Positions 34,800-48,161 of a DNA stretch of 64,000 bases are shown in pieces; the first letter of the stretch is position 1; each line of letters opens with the position of its first letter. Below the pieces are notes generated by a model that had not been told where the DNA came from, searched no databases, and was given only the letters and a program-made list of their open reading frames with translations. The stretch is from Mobula hypostoma. Lineage: Eukaryota. The translations under genes and the position numbers were made by a program. The stretch covers positions 72,666,001-72,730,000 of the forward strand of contig NC_086097.1 of NCBI RefSeq assembly GCF_963921235.1, written 5' to 3'.

Positions 34800-36220
34800 A
34801 ATCATGACAAAACTGGTTTCAAAAATGAAATAAGATGTGGTAGTTCAAATCACCAAAACTAGAATATAATCCAGGTTGTTAAGGGAAGTAAAAGACAAAA
34901 TTGTATTGACCATAATCTTCCGTTCCTTCCTGGACTAATGTCAGAAGACTAGAGGGCTGCAAATGTTTCATTGTTGTTCAAAAATGATATACATTAAAAT
35001 AAGCAATTCAGCTGTGAGCTCAGCGCTGAAGAAAAGAAGCTGCTGATAGTTAAACAAAGGACAAAGTTTAATAGTCCTTTAAACTGTATTAATAACAGAA
35101 AGCCAGCATTGGTTTGTTAAAGACAAACCTTGCTCGGTTAACTAGATTAGAGTATGTTGATATGGATAATTCAATTGCTTATCTGGACTTTCAATGAACA
35201 TGTGATAAAATAGCATTATTATTAGATTAGACTATTAGATTATGAGGACACTCAGTCCTCGTTTATTGTCATTTAGAAATGCATGCATGCATTAAGAAAT
35301 GATACAATGTTCCTCCAGAGTGATATCACAAAAAAAACAGGATAAACCAAAGACTAACACTGACAAGACCACATAATTATAACATATAGTTACAGCAGTG
35401 CAAAGCAATACCATAATTTGATAAAGAACAGACCATGGGCACGGTAAAAAAAAAGTCTCAAAGTTCCAATCGACTCCCGATAGTCCCCGATAGCAGGCGG
35501 CAGAAGGGAAAAACTCTCTCTGCCATAAACCTCCAGGCACTGACAACTGTCAATGCATTGGAAGCACCCAACCACAGTCGACTCTGAGTCCATCCGAAAA
35601 CTTCGAGCCTCCAACCAGCCTTCCAACACCATGCACCGAGCCCTATCTCTGCCGAGCGCTTCAACCCTGTCCCGGCCGCCGAGAGACAAGCAAAGCTGAG
35701 GATTTGGGTCCTTCCCCTCCGGAGATTTTGGATCACACAGTAGCAGTGGCAGCGAAAAAGGCATTTCAGAAGTTTCTCCAGATGTTCCTCCGTTCTCTCA
35801 CATCTGTCTCCATCAAATCAGAATTGCGCATGGCACCCTATTAGACAGATTACAGATATCATTCACCGGAATGGCCGCACAAGCTGCATTGCACGGCCAT
35901 CTTCTCCTCCTCCATGTAAAAGTTTTGAAGCCAGTTGAATAAAAGTTGCTAGTGGCAGTATGAACACGAATTAATTTATGATGGAGAAAAAAAATGAAAT
36001 GGCTTTCTCCAAATGCAGAGGCTGGGACCAATGTTTTTTCTGATTATGCTCATATTAAAGATTTGTGTCTGGATTAATGGGACACCACTCATAATCTGGA
36101 AACAGTAAATATTAAGAGACCAGGAAAATGCATTTTAGAATGGACACATGGCAAGTGAAATTTAAAGTAGAAGTGCATTGTCACTTCTTTTCATTGAGGG
36201 AAGGCTACAATTCTAAGTTA
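34800..36220 (+). mobile_element. Very old CR1 RT remnant, interrupted by the element at 35222-35913
   Basis: GAAGACTAGAGGGCTGCAAATGTT...GTTCAAAA, AGCCAGCATTGGTTTGTTAAAG and TGGCAAGTGAAATTTAA match CR1 RT DNA elsewhere in the window. Confidence 0.6.
35222..35913 (-). mobile_element. Non-coding retroposon, copy A (692 bp)
   Basis: Reverse complement aligns end to end with 56951-57578; 3' GAGGAC-N5-GTCCTC hairpin and (AATCT)n tail. Confidence 0.85.
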
Positions 36221-36704
36221 GGGAGAGTCATCATTTAGTTAATGCAATCTTTGAATATTCCCAGTACTATTATGGAACACACATTTCCACATGATAGGTT
36301 AATTAGAGATGTGGGACATAGCTCATACTTATAGTCGATGTTGATGTAGCACCTGTGCCCTGTATGTAGAGTTGTAGCCTGAGGCATACCATTTGCAGCA
36401 TTGAAGGTGACATGGTGTTAGATGGCAGTCATCATGCTAGTGAGGTAATTCAAAAAGTCAATGAATTAGGAAAAGATGAGATTACTTAATGTCTCAGAAA
36501 GAACTGCATGTCCGTAAAAAGAACAATTCCAAGTAATAGGCAAGTAAATAGGCAGTGCCATTTTATCTTTGTCTATTGACCAATTTTCTAACAGCAACTG
36601 AACAATGAAGATGTGAAAGAGCTGAGCTGCAGTGGAACAGTAACCATGGTAGCAAATAAGATGAAATGTGCCTGACACAGTGTTCCACTGCTTAGAATCA
36701 TTTT

Positions 36705-37560
36705 TTGAATCAGCGGTAGCTCTCCTTCCTCTTAGTGAGAAGGTTACGAGTTTGGATCCCAGAGACTTGCACATCTAATCTAGCAATTCTGGGGAATGCG
36801 CAAGGAGAGTTTGTTTTGTGAATGAAATGAAACTGAGACCTGCCTGCCTCTTGAGTGGATTTTACAGATCTGTGACAATACATTGAAAGGCAGCAATGAA
36901 ATACCCCTACATTATACCTGACATGATTTACCCTTTGACCTGTCTCACTAAAGTTGAAAATCATCAAACTGAAAATTAAATCAATATTTTTCTCCACAGA
37001 AGCTGCCTGATTTAATGCATATTTAAAACATCCACTGTTTTTATTTCAAAGTTCAAAGTACATTTATTATCAAGGTACATATATGTTACCAAATACTATC
37101 TTAAGATTTATTTTCTTGTTGGCATTTAGGGGAAAGAAGAAATGAATTCGAAGGCTATACGTAAGCAAAGACTGATAAACAGCTAACGTGCAAAAGAAGA
37201 CAATCTGTGTAAATAAAAAAATATTACTGAGAACATGAGTTATAAAGAGTCTTTGAAAGTGAGTCTATAGGACATAGAATCAGTTCAGGGTAGTGGTAAT
37301 TGAGGAAATCCATGCCAATTCAAAGCCCGATGGTTCTGGAGTAAGAACTGTTCCTGTACCTGGTACTGTGAGACCTAAAACTTCTGTACCTTCTGCCCAA
37401 TGTTGTTTCACTAAAGGAGTTTCTTTGTAATAATTACACCATTGTTTGTGGGACATGTTGTACACAAATCTACTGTCACATTTGCAATGATGATTGAAGT
37501 TGAAAAAAATGTACTTCATTGGCTGAAAAGCCTGATGGGATGTTTGAAAGTTCAGTGGGA
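36705..37560 (+). mobile_element. Old tRNA-headed Deu-domain SINE (SacSINE1-like), interrupted by later insertions at about 36955-37400
   Basis: Head TCAGCGGTAGCTCTC...GAGAAGGTTACGAGTTTGGATCCC; core-like CTGAGACCTGCCTGCCTCTTGAGTGGA...AGATC; 3' GTACTTCATTGGCTG. Recognised from memory of the family. Confidence 0.6.
37046..37395 (-). mobile_element. Rex1/Babar-type LINE 3' fragment
   Basis: TTCAAAGTTCAAAGT tail; homologous to 39295-39762 and 46395-46875. Confidence 0.75.
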
Positions 37561-38407
37561 ATAAACAGGAGTGTAATATTCCACAGCTGCACAGCAATTT
37601 GCAATAATAGCCGAGTATAATGTGAAAATATTTTCTCCCTAAGCGCAGTTGTCAAGTCAAACTATTAGATTATTTTGTACATTCACTTTATTAGTATATC
37701 TTCATTGATACATTTTGTAAGTTATTATCGAGTATCATGTTTAGTTAAACAGGTGAGCATTAAGTCAGAGAAGCTAATAATTCAGATTGAGATCACCAGA
37801 GTCATTAGAATTGAGCAGATGAAAGAAGGAGAAGACAGTCTTTCTGGTATTTTGTGAAAAACAATTTCTTGTGGGTTCTTCTGGTTTGCAGGACAACTTG
37901 AACAACAAAGGAATTGCTTGTATAAGAAAACAGACTGAATTTTTCAGATCATAGATCTTTTACCAGAGCCCTCTGTCTCCATAGATGCTGCTTCACTAGC
38001 TGAGTTCTTTTAGCTTTTCTGTTTTTGTTTCCACACCAGCATGTGCAGCTTTATTTGTGTATCATTAGCATAGGTGAATGTGGCACACTTTGATGTTTGT
38101 ATATAGGAAGTGTAAAAGGGATGTTAGAGCTGATTTCTGAGGAATGCTATTGACCATCACAAAGGTAAGCTATTGTGGCCAAAAATGTCCACACTGTAAG
38201 AGCAGCCCAGGATCAGAAATCCAAGCAAGCAGTTTGCACAATGAGACAAGACTCAGTGAATTTTTCAACGTGAAGACAATGGGCCAGATAGCAAAGAAAA
38301 CTACCATTAGATTGTGGAAAATAACAACAGCTTATTTGAAAGCCATTGGATAGTCATAATATAGACACAATTAGTCAGGGGTACTGTTCTTGCAATGGCT
38401 GGCATTA

Positions 38408-39235
38408 GGACCATAAGACATAGAAACAGATTTAGGCCATTTGGCCCATTGAGTTCCACCACTCAGTCATGATTGATTTATTATCTCTCTCAGCTCCATT
38501 CTCCTGCCTTCTTCCCATAACCTTTGACATCCTTACTAATGAAGAACCTATCAACCTTCGCTTTAAATATACACAATGACTTGGCCGCCACAGCCATCTG
38601 TATCAATGAATTCCACAGATTCACCATACTTGGCTAACAAAATTCATCCTCATCTCTGTTCTAAATGAACATCCTTCTATTCTGAGGCTCTGCCCTCTGG
38701 TCCTAGATTCACCCATGATAAGGAACATCCTCTCCACAACAACTCTATCTAGGCCTTTTAATATTCAATAGATTTCAGTGAGATCCCTCCATCTTTCATC
38801 TAAACTCCAGTGAGTATGGAGCCAAAGCCATCAAACATTCCTCAAATGCTAACCCTTTCATTCCCAGGATTATTCACATGAACCTCCTCTGAACCCTCTC
38901 CAATGTCAACACATCCTTTCCTAGATAAGGAGCCCAAGACTGTTCACAATACTCCAAAGGTGGTGTGACCAATGTGTAATAAAGCCTCAGCATTACATCC
39001 TGCAAGTTAACCTTCAAGAAATGCTGCATGAGGTCTCCTATGTCTCTTTGCACCTCTGATCTCTGAATTTTCTCCTCATTTATAATATAGACTAGACCAT
39101 TATCCCTTCCACCAAAGTACATGACCAAACACCTCTCTACACTATATTCCATCTGTCACTTCTTTGCCTATTCTCCTAATCTAAATCCTTCTTCAGGCTC
39201 CCTGCTTCCTCAACACTAAATGCCCTCCACCCCTA
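38408..39235 (-). mobile_element. CR1 3' fragment with an internal deletion
   Basis: GACCATAAGACATAG tail; PPLEYCEQSWAPYLGKDVLTLERVQRRF. Confidence 0.9.
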
Positions 39236-39294
39236 CCTATCTGTGACATTTTCAAATCAGAGCAGAGGAACTTTCCTGTTTTTAGATTGATGCA

Positions 39295-39762
39295 TCAAAG
39301 TTCAAAGTAAATTTAATTATCACAGTATATATACATTACGCCACTATATATAATCCTGAAATTCATTTTCTTGTGGAATACTCAATAAATCTATAGAATA
39401 ATAACCATTACAAAATCAATGAAAGACCGCCCAGCTAGGGCATTCAGTCAGAGTACAGAAGACAACAAACTGTGTAAGTACACAAAAAAAAAGAGATAGT
39501 AATAACAAATAAATAGCAATAAATATCAAGAACATGAGATGAAGTCTTTGAAACTGAGTCGTTGGTTGTGGGGACATTTCAATTATGGGGCAAATGAAGT
39601 TGCTTGAAGTTTTCCCTTTTGGTTCAAGAGCCTGATGGTTGAGGGGTAATAACTGTTCCTGAACCTGGTGGTGTGAGTCCTGAGGTTCCTGTGTTTTCCT
39701 CCTGATGGCAGCAGTGAGAAGAGAGCATGTCCTGGGTGGTGGAGGTCCCTGATGATGAATGC
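39295..39762 (-). mobile_element. Rex1/Babar-type LINE 3' fragment inserted in an old Deu-SINE-like remnant (about 39250-39970)
   Basis: Reverse complement encodes HHPGHALFSLLPSGGKHRNLR; CAAAGTTCAAAGT tail. Confidence 0.82.
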
Positions 39763-40013
39763 GAAAGGTTCCTTATTATCCCATCACTAAAACAGGTTAC
39801 TATTTATCTCACTTTTTTTGTGTGAGATTAACTCTTTTTTTAAATTATCCGCCATATTTCCTTACAATTACAGTTATGATTGTATATCAATAGCTATTTC
39901 ACAGGATGTGCGTTGCCCCGAGTATGCTGAAGTTGTGAAAATATTTTATTGTATATAACTGTGAGTTCTTTAAATACTTAAAAAAATGAATAGATTTTTG
40001 GATATTGAATAAA

Positions 40014-40175
40014 TCCCACAGTCCAAAGGCGTACTGTTTGGTAGGTTAATTGGTCATTGTGAATTGTCCTGTGACTCGGCTAGGGCTAAATCGGGGATTG
40101 CTGGGCAGCGTGGCTGGAAGGGCTGGAAGGGCTTGTTCTGCACCGTATCCCAATAAATAAATAAATAGATAAATA
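40014..40175 (+). mobile_element. 5'-truncated V-SINE/HE1-like SINE
   Basis: TCCCACAGTCCAAAG...GGTAGGTTAATTGG core end, CR1-like GAAGGGCTTGTTCTG 3' end, (AAAT)n tail. Confidence 0.65.
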
Positions 40176-41289
40176 AATAGTAGGATTTGGGGTTAATAAA
40201 GGAAAGTAGAATTGAGGTAAAAGATCAGCTATGAGCTTACTGAATGGCGAAGCAGGAATGAGGGCCAGATGGCCTACTCTTGCTTCTATTTCATAAATGC
40301 TGTAATGCATGTTAAGAAACTGAAGTTCTTTATAATTGCTGTGCCTGTTTTCGTACAATTCTCAAGGTTAAATGTTGATTGTTCTGGGCAATAATGGAAT
40401 TTCACTGTCACGATGGACTGAGTGGAGTTGCTCATTTATAATTCAATCTGAGTTGGCAGTGCTGCCTTTCACTATGCAGGTGACATCTGTACTCTTCACT
40501 TGCATTAACCTCAGAACCCCTGAGCAGATATCACTGAATGTGGGTCAGCTACTGTGCTTTGTATCCATTCCATTAGGGACGAGGCAAAGGGAATCAGCAT
40601 TCATTTTGCTTGCTGCCTGAAGAGAGGTACCATTGAGAAGAGGTACTGAATTGAAATAATGATGTCCATCTGGAGATCCACTTAACCCATACGTGCAATA
40701 GGTTTCAGGAAAAATATTCCTATGTAAAGCAGAAGGCAAAAAGAAATCCCTTCAGAATTATAATCAGATTTTCATCAGATTTTGAATGTTTTCGACTGGA
40801 TCAAAAGCAAAATTTAGTAAATGCTGTGCAATTAGAAATCCAGCTGATCAATTATAGTGCTACATATTGGCTCACTATTACACAGATTGCACCCTTTTCA
40901 ATGTAGATAAGTGTCAAAGGTAAAAAATCTAGCAGTTCCATTGCCAAGCTTGATGTTGACGATTTTCATGAGTTCCTGTCCATTAGACTTTAACTGTGCC
41001 ACTGAGGAATTAAAAACTGATATCCCTTTATACTTTATTTTGCCTAAATTAGGAAACATGGTTACACCCTGGCAAGGGTACATGCTTGGGATCCCCATCC
41101 CAGCCCTCAATTACTTATAGAGGCACTGCAATTTTGCTGGTTAAAGCCCCACAAGTTACTGGAATGAAGCCCAATGAATTTCACTGGTTGCTCATCAGAG
41201 TCTCTTGGCCCATTGACATGTTTATCTGGAATCTTGTGACAAATTGTTACCTTCACCAGCCATAGGTCAATCCAATGCTCCATTTATTG

Positions 41290-43420
41290 ATGCACAAAGA
41301 GATTGTGCAGATGCTGGAAATCTCGAATAACACACACGAAATACTGAAGGAACTCAGCAGCTCAAGCAGCATCTATGGAGAGGGATAAACAGTTGATGTT
41401 TCAGCCTGGGACCCCTCATCAAGATTGGAGAGGAAGGGGGAAGAAGCCGGGATGAAAAATAAGGGGAAGAAGTACAAGCTGGCGGGTGATAGGTGAAACT
41501 AGGTGAGGGGGAAGCTGGGTGGATGGGGAGGGTGGAGGAAGTGAGAATCTGGGAGGTGATAGGTAGAAGAGGTAAAGGACTGAAGAAGAAGGAATTGGCT
41601 AGGAGAGGACAATGGACCAGAGGATGAAGAGAAGGAAGTGGTGTACCATAAGGAGATGATGGGCAGGTGAGTGGATGGGGTAAGAGGGAAGCCAAAATGT
41701 GGAATGGAATGGGGGGGGGGAGGTGGTGGAGAAGAAATTACTGGAAGTTAGAGAAATTGATGTTCATGCCATCAGGTTAGAGTCTACCCAGACAGAATAT
41801 GAGGTTTTGCTCTTGCAACCCACGCGTGGAGTCATCGTAACTGTAGAAGCGGTCATGTTGGAATGGGAATGGGAAGTAGAATTAAAATGGGTGGTCATCT
41901 GGAAGCCTTGTCTGTTATGGTGTCTGGAGTGAAATTGCTTAATGAAGCAGTCCCCCAATTTACGCTGTGGCTCCCTGATATGATAAAGCTGCACCAGCTG
42001 TACCAGATGCAGTACATGAGCCCAATAAACTCGCAGGTGAAGTGTTGCCTCCTCTGAAAAGACTATTTGGGGTCCTGAATGGTGTTGAGGGCGGAGATGT
42101 AGGGGCAGGTGGAGAATTTGTCTTACTTGCAGGGATAAGTGCCAGGAGGGAGATCAGTGGGGAGGGATGAGTGGGCAAAGATTCACGTAGAGAGTAGTCC
42201 CTGTGGAAAGCGGTGAGAGGGGGAATGGAGAGAACGATGAGTTTAGTGGCAGGATCCCAATGAAGATGACAGAGTTTCCAGAGAATGATATGCGGGTGCT
42301 TGAGAGTGGTAGGTAAGGACAAGGAAAACTCTATTCCTGATATGGCAGCAGGAGGTTGGAGTGAGGATGAATATTGGGAAATGAAGAAGATGCGGATGAT
42401 GGCAGCATCAGTAGTGGAGGAACAGAAACCGCTTTGAGGAAGGAGGACATCTCGGATGTTATCGTATAGAAAGACTCATCCTGAGAATAGATGAGGTGGA
42501 GTCGGATGAATTGAGAAAAGGAAATAACATTTTTACAAGTGACAGTGTGGGATGAGGTATAGTCAAGCTAACTGTGAGAGTCAATAGGTTTCTAAAAGAT
42601 ATCAGTAGACAGTTTGGCTCAAGAGATGGAGATGGAAAGATCAAGAAATGAGAGAGAGGTGTCAGAGGTCGATCAAGTAAATTTAAGTGCAGGGTGGAAG
42701 CTGATAAAATTGATAAGCTCAGCATGGGTGCAGGAAGTAGAATCAATATGGTCAGTGGTGTAGCAAAGTCCCAAGCTTTTTAACAGATTTCATTTTTGTT
42801 TATAATGTTTCAGCTTCTAAATTTAAGTCAAATTAGTTGGGATCTGCAGTTCACCCTCCCTAACAAACTTTGTAAGTTTGCAAAGGCAAGTGACTTGTAC
42901 TTCATAGTTTGTTGTCTGTGAGACTTCAGCCCTGATGAAGGGTCCTGGCCCTAAATGTCAACTGTTTATTCTTTTCCATAGATGCTGGCTGATCTGATGA
43001 GTTCCTGCAGCATCTTGTGCATGTTACTAGTGTAGAAAGGGTTGGAGAGTGTTATCAGTGAAGGCTTGGAACATGGACTGTTCCATGCAAGCAAGAAAAG
43101 GTAGGCATAGCTGGAGCCCATGGCTACATCTTGGATTTGGAGAAAAAGGGAGGCACCAAAAGGGAAATAGTTGAAGATAAACAGCCAGCTCTGCCAGCTG
43201 TAGGAGGGTGGTGGTGGAGGAGAACAGGTTAGCACTGTGGTCTAGAGAGGGGCAGAAAGCTTTAAGACCTTCCTGATAGGGATAGAAGTGTATAGAGATT
43301 GGACATCCAGAATGAAATGAGGCGATCAAGGCCAGGGAGCTTGAAGCGATTGAAAATGTGTGAAGTGTCAAGAATGTAGGTGGGAAGTGAATGAATCAAG
43401 GGGGACAAAATGGAGTCAAC
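41290..43420 (-). mobile_element. Older PLE with decayed RT, GIY-YIG and complete 3' terminus; insertion at about 42765-43028
   Basis: Collinear with 207-1680 (QEGLKAF, DVAMG, AFHRDYSL, THFNSTSHSHS); decayed hammerhead at 41390-41427. Confidence 0.9.
42927..42964 (+). ncRNA. Decayed minimal hammerhead motif in an inverted PLE terminus (42927-43028)
   Basis: CAGCC CTGATGA AGGGTCCTGGCCC TAAA TGTC AACTG. Confidence 0.6.
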
Positions 43421-44889
43421 TATTTATTTAGTTGATCACTACGTCTGCTATAGTTTACCACCAGTGCTCCAGTCTTCCAAAGCCTAGAATATTCTACTGG
43501 AGCCAATTCAACTGAAAAGAAACCTCACTGTTTCCTTCTTCAACTTCCACCATTCATTACAACAATCTTAATGTCACCATCTCTAAGTGAGAACAACTGG
43601 GAAATCGTTATAAATTTCACATTTAAAACGGGAAAATATCTTGTAAATTCTGAATACACTTACAAACAGAAGAAATAAGATAGAATGCAATTTAACTGTT
43701 TGGGCCTTTTCTAAGCACAGTTTCAATTTTATAATGCTGCTACTACTAATAATAATTGTGCTGCTGGCATGAAATTAAAAGTTTGACTTCACCTCCGATT
43801 AACTGATGCATATTTATTAGAAATATTGCTCTGAGAAATGGGATATGAGCACTAAGAGACAATCAACTTCAAATGACACGGCCTGTTGCGCACCCTTCCT
43901 TTCCCTTTTCTCCAGTGATACTTTTCTTTCTTTTCCTTTTTTGAATACATTGGCCAAGTGGTGAAGAAGGGCTGCTTGGTGTTGCCTTCAAAGGATATAG
44001 CGGCTTTTGTGGCATGGCTATGCCCTTCACCTGGGTTGGTTAGTATCAGGTTGTACATCCAGGGATCTTTGGAGTCAAGCAGCAGTGGTGTCAACAAGCA
44101 GACTGAGTAGCCAATCACTCTGCTCACAGACTACAAACTAGGAAGTACAAAACACTTGCCTTAACAAACTTTCAAGGCATGTTAGGGAGGGTGATTGATG
44201 ACCCCAATTAATCTGATTAAATTTAGAAGCTGAAACATTATAAACAACAAAAATGAAAGATGTTAAAAAGCTTGGGACTTTGAAATAATTATCTGAAGGA
44301 AGGTCTGTTCTCTCAGGGGGAGTTCTATAGGAGGACAAGAGGGTGGTCAGGCAGAATTCAAGCAATAACATGTCATTTAACTATTAGTTGTATCAAACGC
44401 ATTGAGGCAAGAACATGTTTTCATGGTTACACTGATTTCTGCGAATGATGTTGAAAAATGTCACAATAATCCAACCTGCAGAGGAGCTGAGATTCACTGA
44501 TGGTATTTTCATGTTTAATTGAGCATGTTCATTCCCTAAAAACTGCTGTCAGATTCTCTCCATTGTTTTTGCAAATACCAAAAATCATGTTACGATACAT
44601 ATTGCAGATTCCGGGCCATTGGCAGCCTGTGGGGATATGGAGCATGAATCATCATAGTTGTGCTATTGCTCTCGTCTTCTGTCAATGATGTGCATATTTA
44701 TGATCCAGATCAGTAATCAGTATTCCCTCATCCCCCTCCAAACCATAGAACTGTAAAACTCATTTTACTCTGCCCTCGAGAAAAAACAAAACAACATTGA
44801 TCAGCATCAAAATGTAAAATACACAAATGCTCAAAGCCTGAAACTGATACTTGAGGTAGGTTAGAAAATAACTGTGAAAACAAGTTAAT

Positions 44890-46005
44890 AAGACCAAAAT
44901 ACCATAAGGCATAGGAGCAGAATTAGGCCATTCCAGTATAGCTGATTTATTATCCCCTTCAACCCTATTCTCCTGATTTCTCCCTGTAACCTTTGACACC
45001 CTGATTAATCAAGAACCTATTAACCTCCGTTTTCAATATACCCAATGATTTGCCTCCACAGCTGTCTATGGCAATGAATTCCACAAATTCCTTACCCTCT
45101 GGCTAAAGAAATTCTTCTTTCTCTCTGTTCTAAATGGATGTCCGTCTATTCTGAGGCCATGCCCTCTGGTCCGACACCCCCCACTACAGGAAACATCCTC
45201 TCCTCATCCACCCTATCTAGGCCTTTCAATATTCAATAGATTTCAATGAGATCAACCCTCATTCTTCTAAACTTCAGATAGTACTGACCCAGAGCTATCA
45301 AACACTCCTCATGCATTAAATCATTCATTCCCAGAATCATTCTTGTAAACCACCTCTGGACCCTCTCCAATGCTAGCACATCTTTTCTTAGATAAGGGAC
45401 CAAAACTGCCCACAATACTCCAAGTGTGGTCTGACCAATGCCTTATAAAAACTCAGCATTGCAGCCTTGCTTTTAAATTCCAGTACTCTTGTAATGAATG
45501 CTAACATTGCATTTGCCTTTCTTACCACTGACTCAACCTGCAAGTTCAGGGAATCCTGCACGAGGACTCCCATGTCCCTCTAAACTTCTGATTTTTGAAT
45601 TTTTTCCCCACTTACAAAATAGTCTAAGCCTTTATTCCTTCTACGAAAGGGCATCACCATATACTTCCCTATGCTATATTCCATCTTCCATTTCTTTGCC
45701 CATTCTCCCAATCTGTCCAAGTCCTTCTACAGACTCCTGCTTTCTCAACACTATGTTCCGGTCCACCTATTGTCATATCATCCACAAACCTGGCCATAAA
45801 GTCATCAATTCCAACATCCAAGTCATTGATATATTACAAGAAAAGGAGGGGTCCCAATACTGACCCCTGTGGAAGACCGAAACTGGTAGCCAACCAGAAA
45901 AGGTCCTTTTTATTCCCAGTATTTGCAAACTGACAGTCAGCCAATCTTCTACCTATGCTAGTATCTTTCCTGTAATACCGTGGGGTCTTATCTTGTTAAC
46001 ACATT
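44890..46005 (-). mobile_element. 5'-truncated CR1 LINE
   Basis: KALVRPHLEYCGQFW, RKDVLALERVQR; ACCATAAGGCATAGG tail. Confidence 0.9.
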
Positions 46006-46394
46006 CAGTAGAATAATAAGGCAATATAGCTGAAATAACAGCAGAAAATGCTAGATATATCTGGAAACATTTGCGGAGAGAGGAAATTGGTCTTTAATTT
46101 CAGGTCAATGACCCTTAATCCAAATAACATAAAATTATAAATCATAGGTCCTTTAAATTGCTGAGAAAGGAAAGGTGGGGAGAACAAAGATAATGTCTGT
46201 AAAAGGATAAAATCTAAGAGTTACTGGATGACATGGATGGTGTTGGTGTCTGCTGAAAATGCTGGTGAAAGTCCCTCACTGACATCCATTTTGCAGTCTA
46301 GCTGGATGCCACTGAGGGGGAAAGCAACAGGGAAATGTTGAGGTAACTCAATACAAGTGCACAGAAAACTAGAAGAAAAGGAAGCACTTAGTTG

Positions 46395-46875
46395 ACAGTA
46401 AGATCCTTTACACAGGAAAACAGTATCCATCATCAGGGAGTGCCACCACCCAGGTCATGCTCTCTTCTCACTGCTGCCATCAGGAAGAAGGTACAGGAGC
46501 CTCAGTACTCACACCACCAAGTTCAGGAAGAGTCATTATGCCTCAACCATCAGGATTTTGAAAATGAAGTGGATAACTTTGCTGAGCTTCACTTTCCCTA
46601 TCACTGCAATGATCCCACAACCTATGGACTCACTTTCAAGAACGGGTCATCTCATTGTCTTGATATTTATTGCTTATTTTTTATTATTATTTCTTCTTCT
46701 TGTACTTGCACAGTTTGTTGTATTTTGCATACTGGTTGTACGCACAGTTGGCGTGGTCTTTCATTGATTATATTACAGTTATTGGATTTATTGAGCATGC
46801 CAGCAAGAAAATGAATCTCAGGGTTGTACACGGTGAAATGTATGTACTTTGATAATGAACTTACTTTGAACTTTA
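46395..46875 (+). mobile_element. Rex1/Babar-type LINE 3' fragment
   Basis: Encodes HHPGHALFSLLPSGRRYRSL; tail ACTTTGAACTTT. Confidence 0.85.
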
Positions 46876-46984
46876 ATCCAGCATATGCATGACTTTGGTG
46901 CTGGACTTGCAGGATGTCAGACATCATTCTATCAATACTCCAACATACCTTTAATTCACTTTTACTAGATGTTACAGTGTGGAG

Positions 46985-47890
46985 GCAAAGGTTCATTTTA
47001 TTGTCAAAATCTGGATATATAATTCAACTCTGATATTTGTCTCCTCCAGATAGCCATGCAATACAGAAAAAAAGGGTGACGTTGAAAGAAAAGACATCAA
47101 CCTCTTCCCCACATGAAAAGGAAAAAGAAACAAAACTCACAAACCACAAACCTCCCACCCCCTCCCTCTCACAAAAGCTAACAGATTGTCCACATGGAAA
47201 ATGGCTGATGGAACATCAAACCCCAAATCTCCAACCCCCTCCCTCGTAAAAACCAGTGACAATAACATCAAACCCCCAACCCCTTCCCTTGCAGAAAAGA
47301 ACAGTGACAATAGGATCAAACCCCAACTCCCTCTCTCACACACAGAAACTAACAGATGGCCCACACAGAAAAACCAACAGGAACATCAGACCCCAAATCC
47401 TCAACCCCTCCCTCTTATAAAAACAAACATATTGCTCATCTGGAACCCCAACCCACCAATCGGCAGCAAGACAGAAAACACAGAACACTGAAGGAGAGCA
47501 ATATAAGCTACAGCCCAATAATCACATAAATTTTAGAATTTTGAAAACATCCTCCCATCAGAATCATACTCTGTCCTTCCATGAAGAGTGCCCACTGAGC
47601 CACCGGCCCGGCTACCAACCTGTTGACCCGTGGCATCCATTTTAGAGCAACTGCTGAACTCCTCTGCAATCACCCTAATGCTTCAGTCTTCCTTGACTCT
47701 TCAAAATGGAGTTCATCATGGCCCCGTGCCCTGCGTCTGGTCTCCACAGTCCTCTCCAAGGACAGCAGAGTGCTAGTTCATTTGATCAAAGTCCAAACTA
47801 CATATCACAGGCTCCAACAGTTTTTGAAACACAATCAAGACAAAAAGAATATGCAGAAGGTGTAGAAAAAGAGAAATAATTGAAGAGCTC
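46985..47890 (-). mobile_element. Unclassified non-coding retroposon-like element with internal degenerate tandem repeats
   Basis: LINE-like 3' end (reverse complement GACAATAAAATGAACC) and repeated AACATCAAACCCC...CAACCCCTCCCTC units at 47090-47460. 5' limit uncertain. Confidence 0.45.
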
Positions 47891-48161
47891 AAGGAATCAT
47901 TGTTCGCTGGTGCCATAAAAATTCAGTAAACTTGGCTAACTTAAAGGGAGCAGACAAGGACCAGTGACTTTCAGTACAGAGTGGAAAACAGAAGCAGGTG
48001 AATTCTAATGTAATGTGGAAACTGTGGCACAGTGGGTTTAAAGATATTACAGGAACCAGGGTGCTGCTTTGTTGTGTGGGAATCAGTATCCAGTGAGGCA
48101 GAAGGTGAACCATTGGGATTGCTAATAGTTGGGTCATAATTTAACAGAGTTTCATCATATG

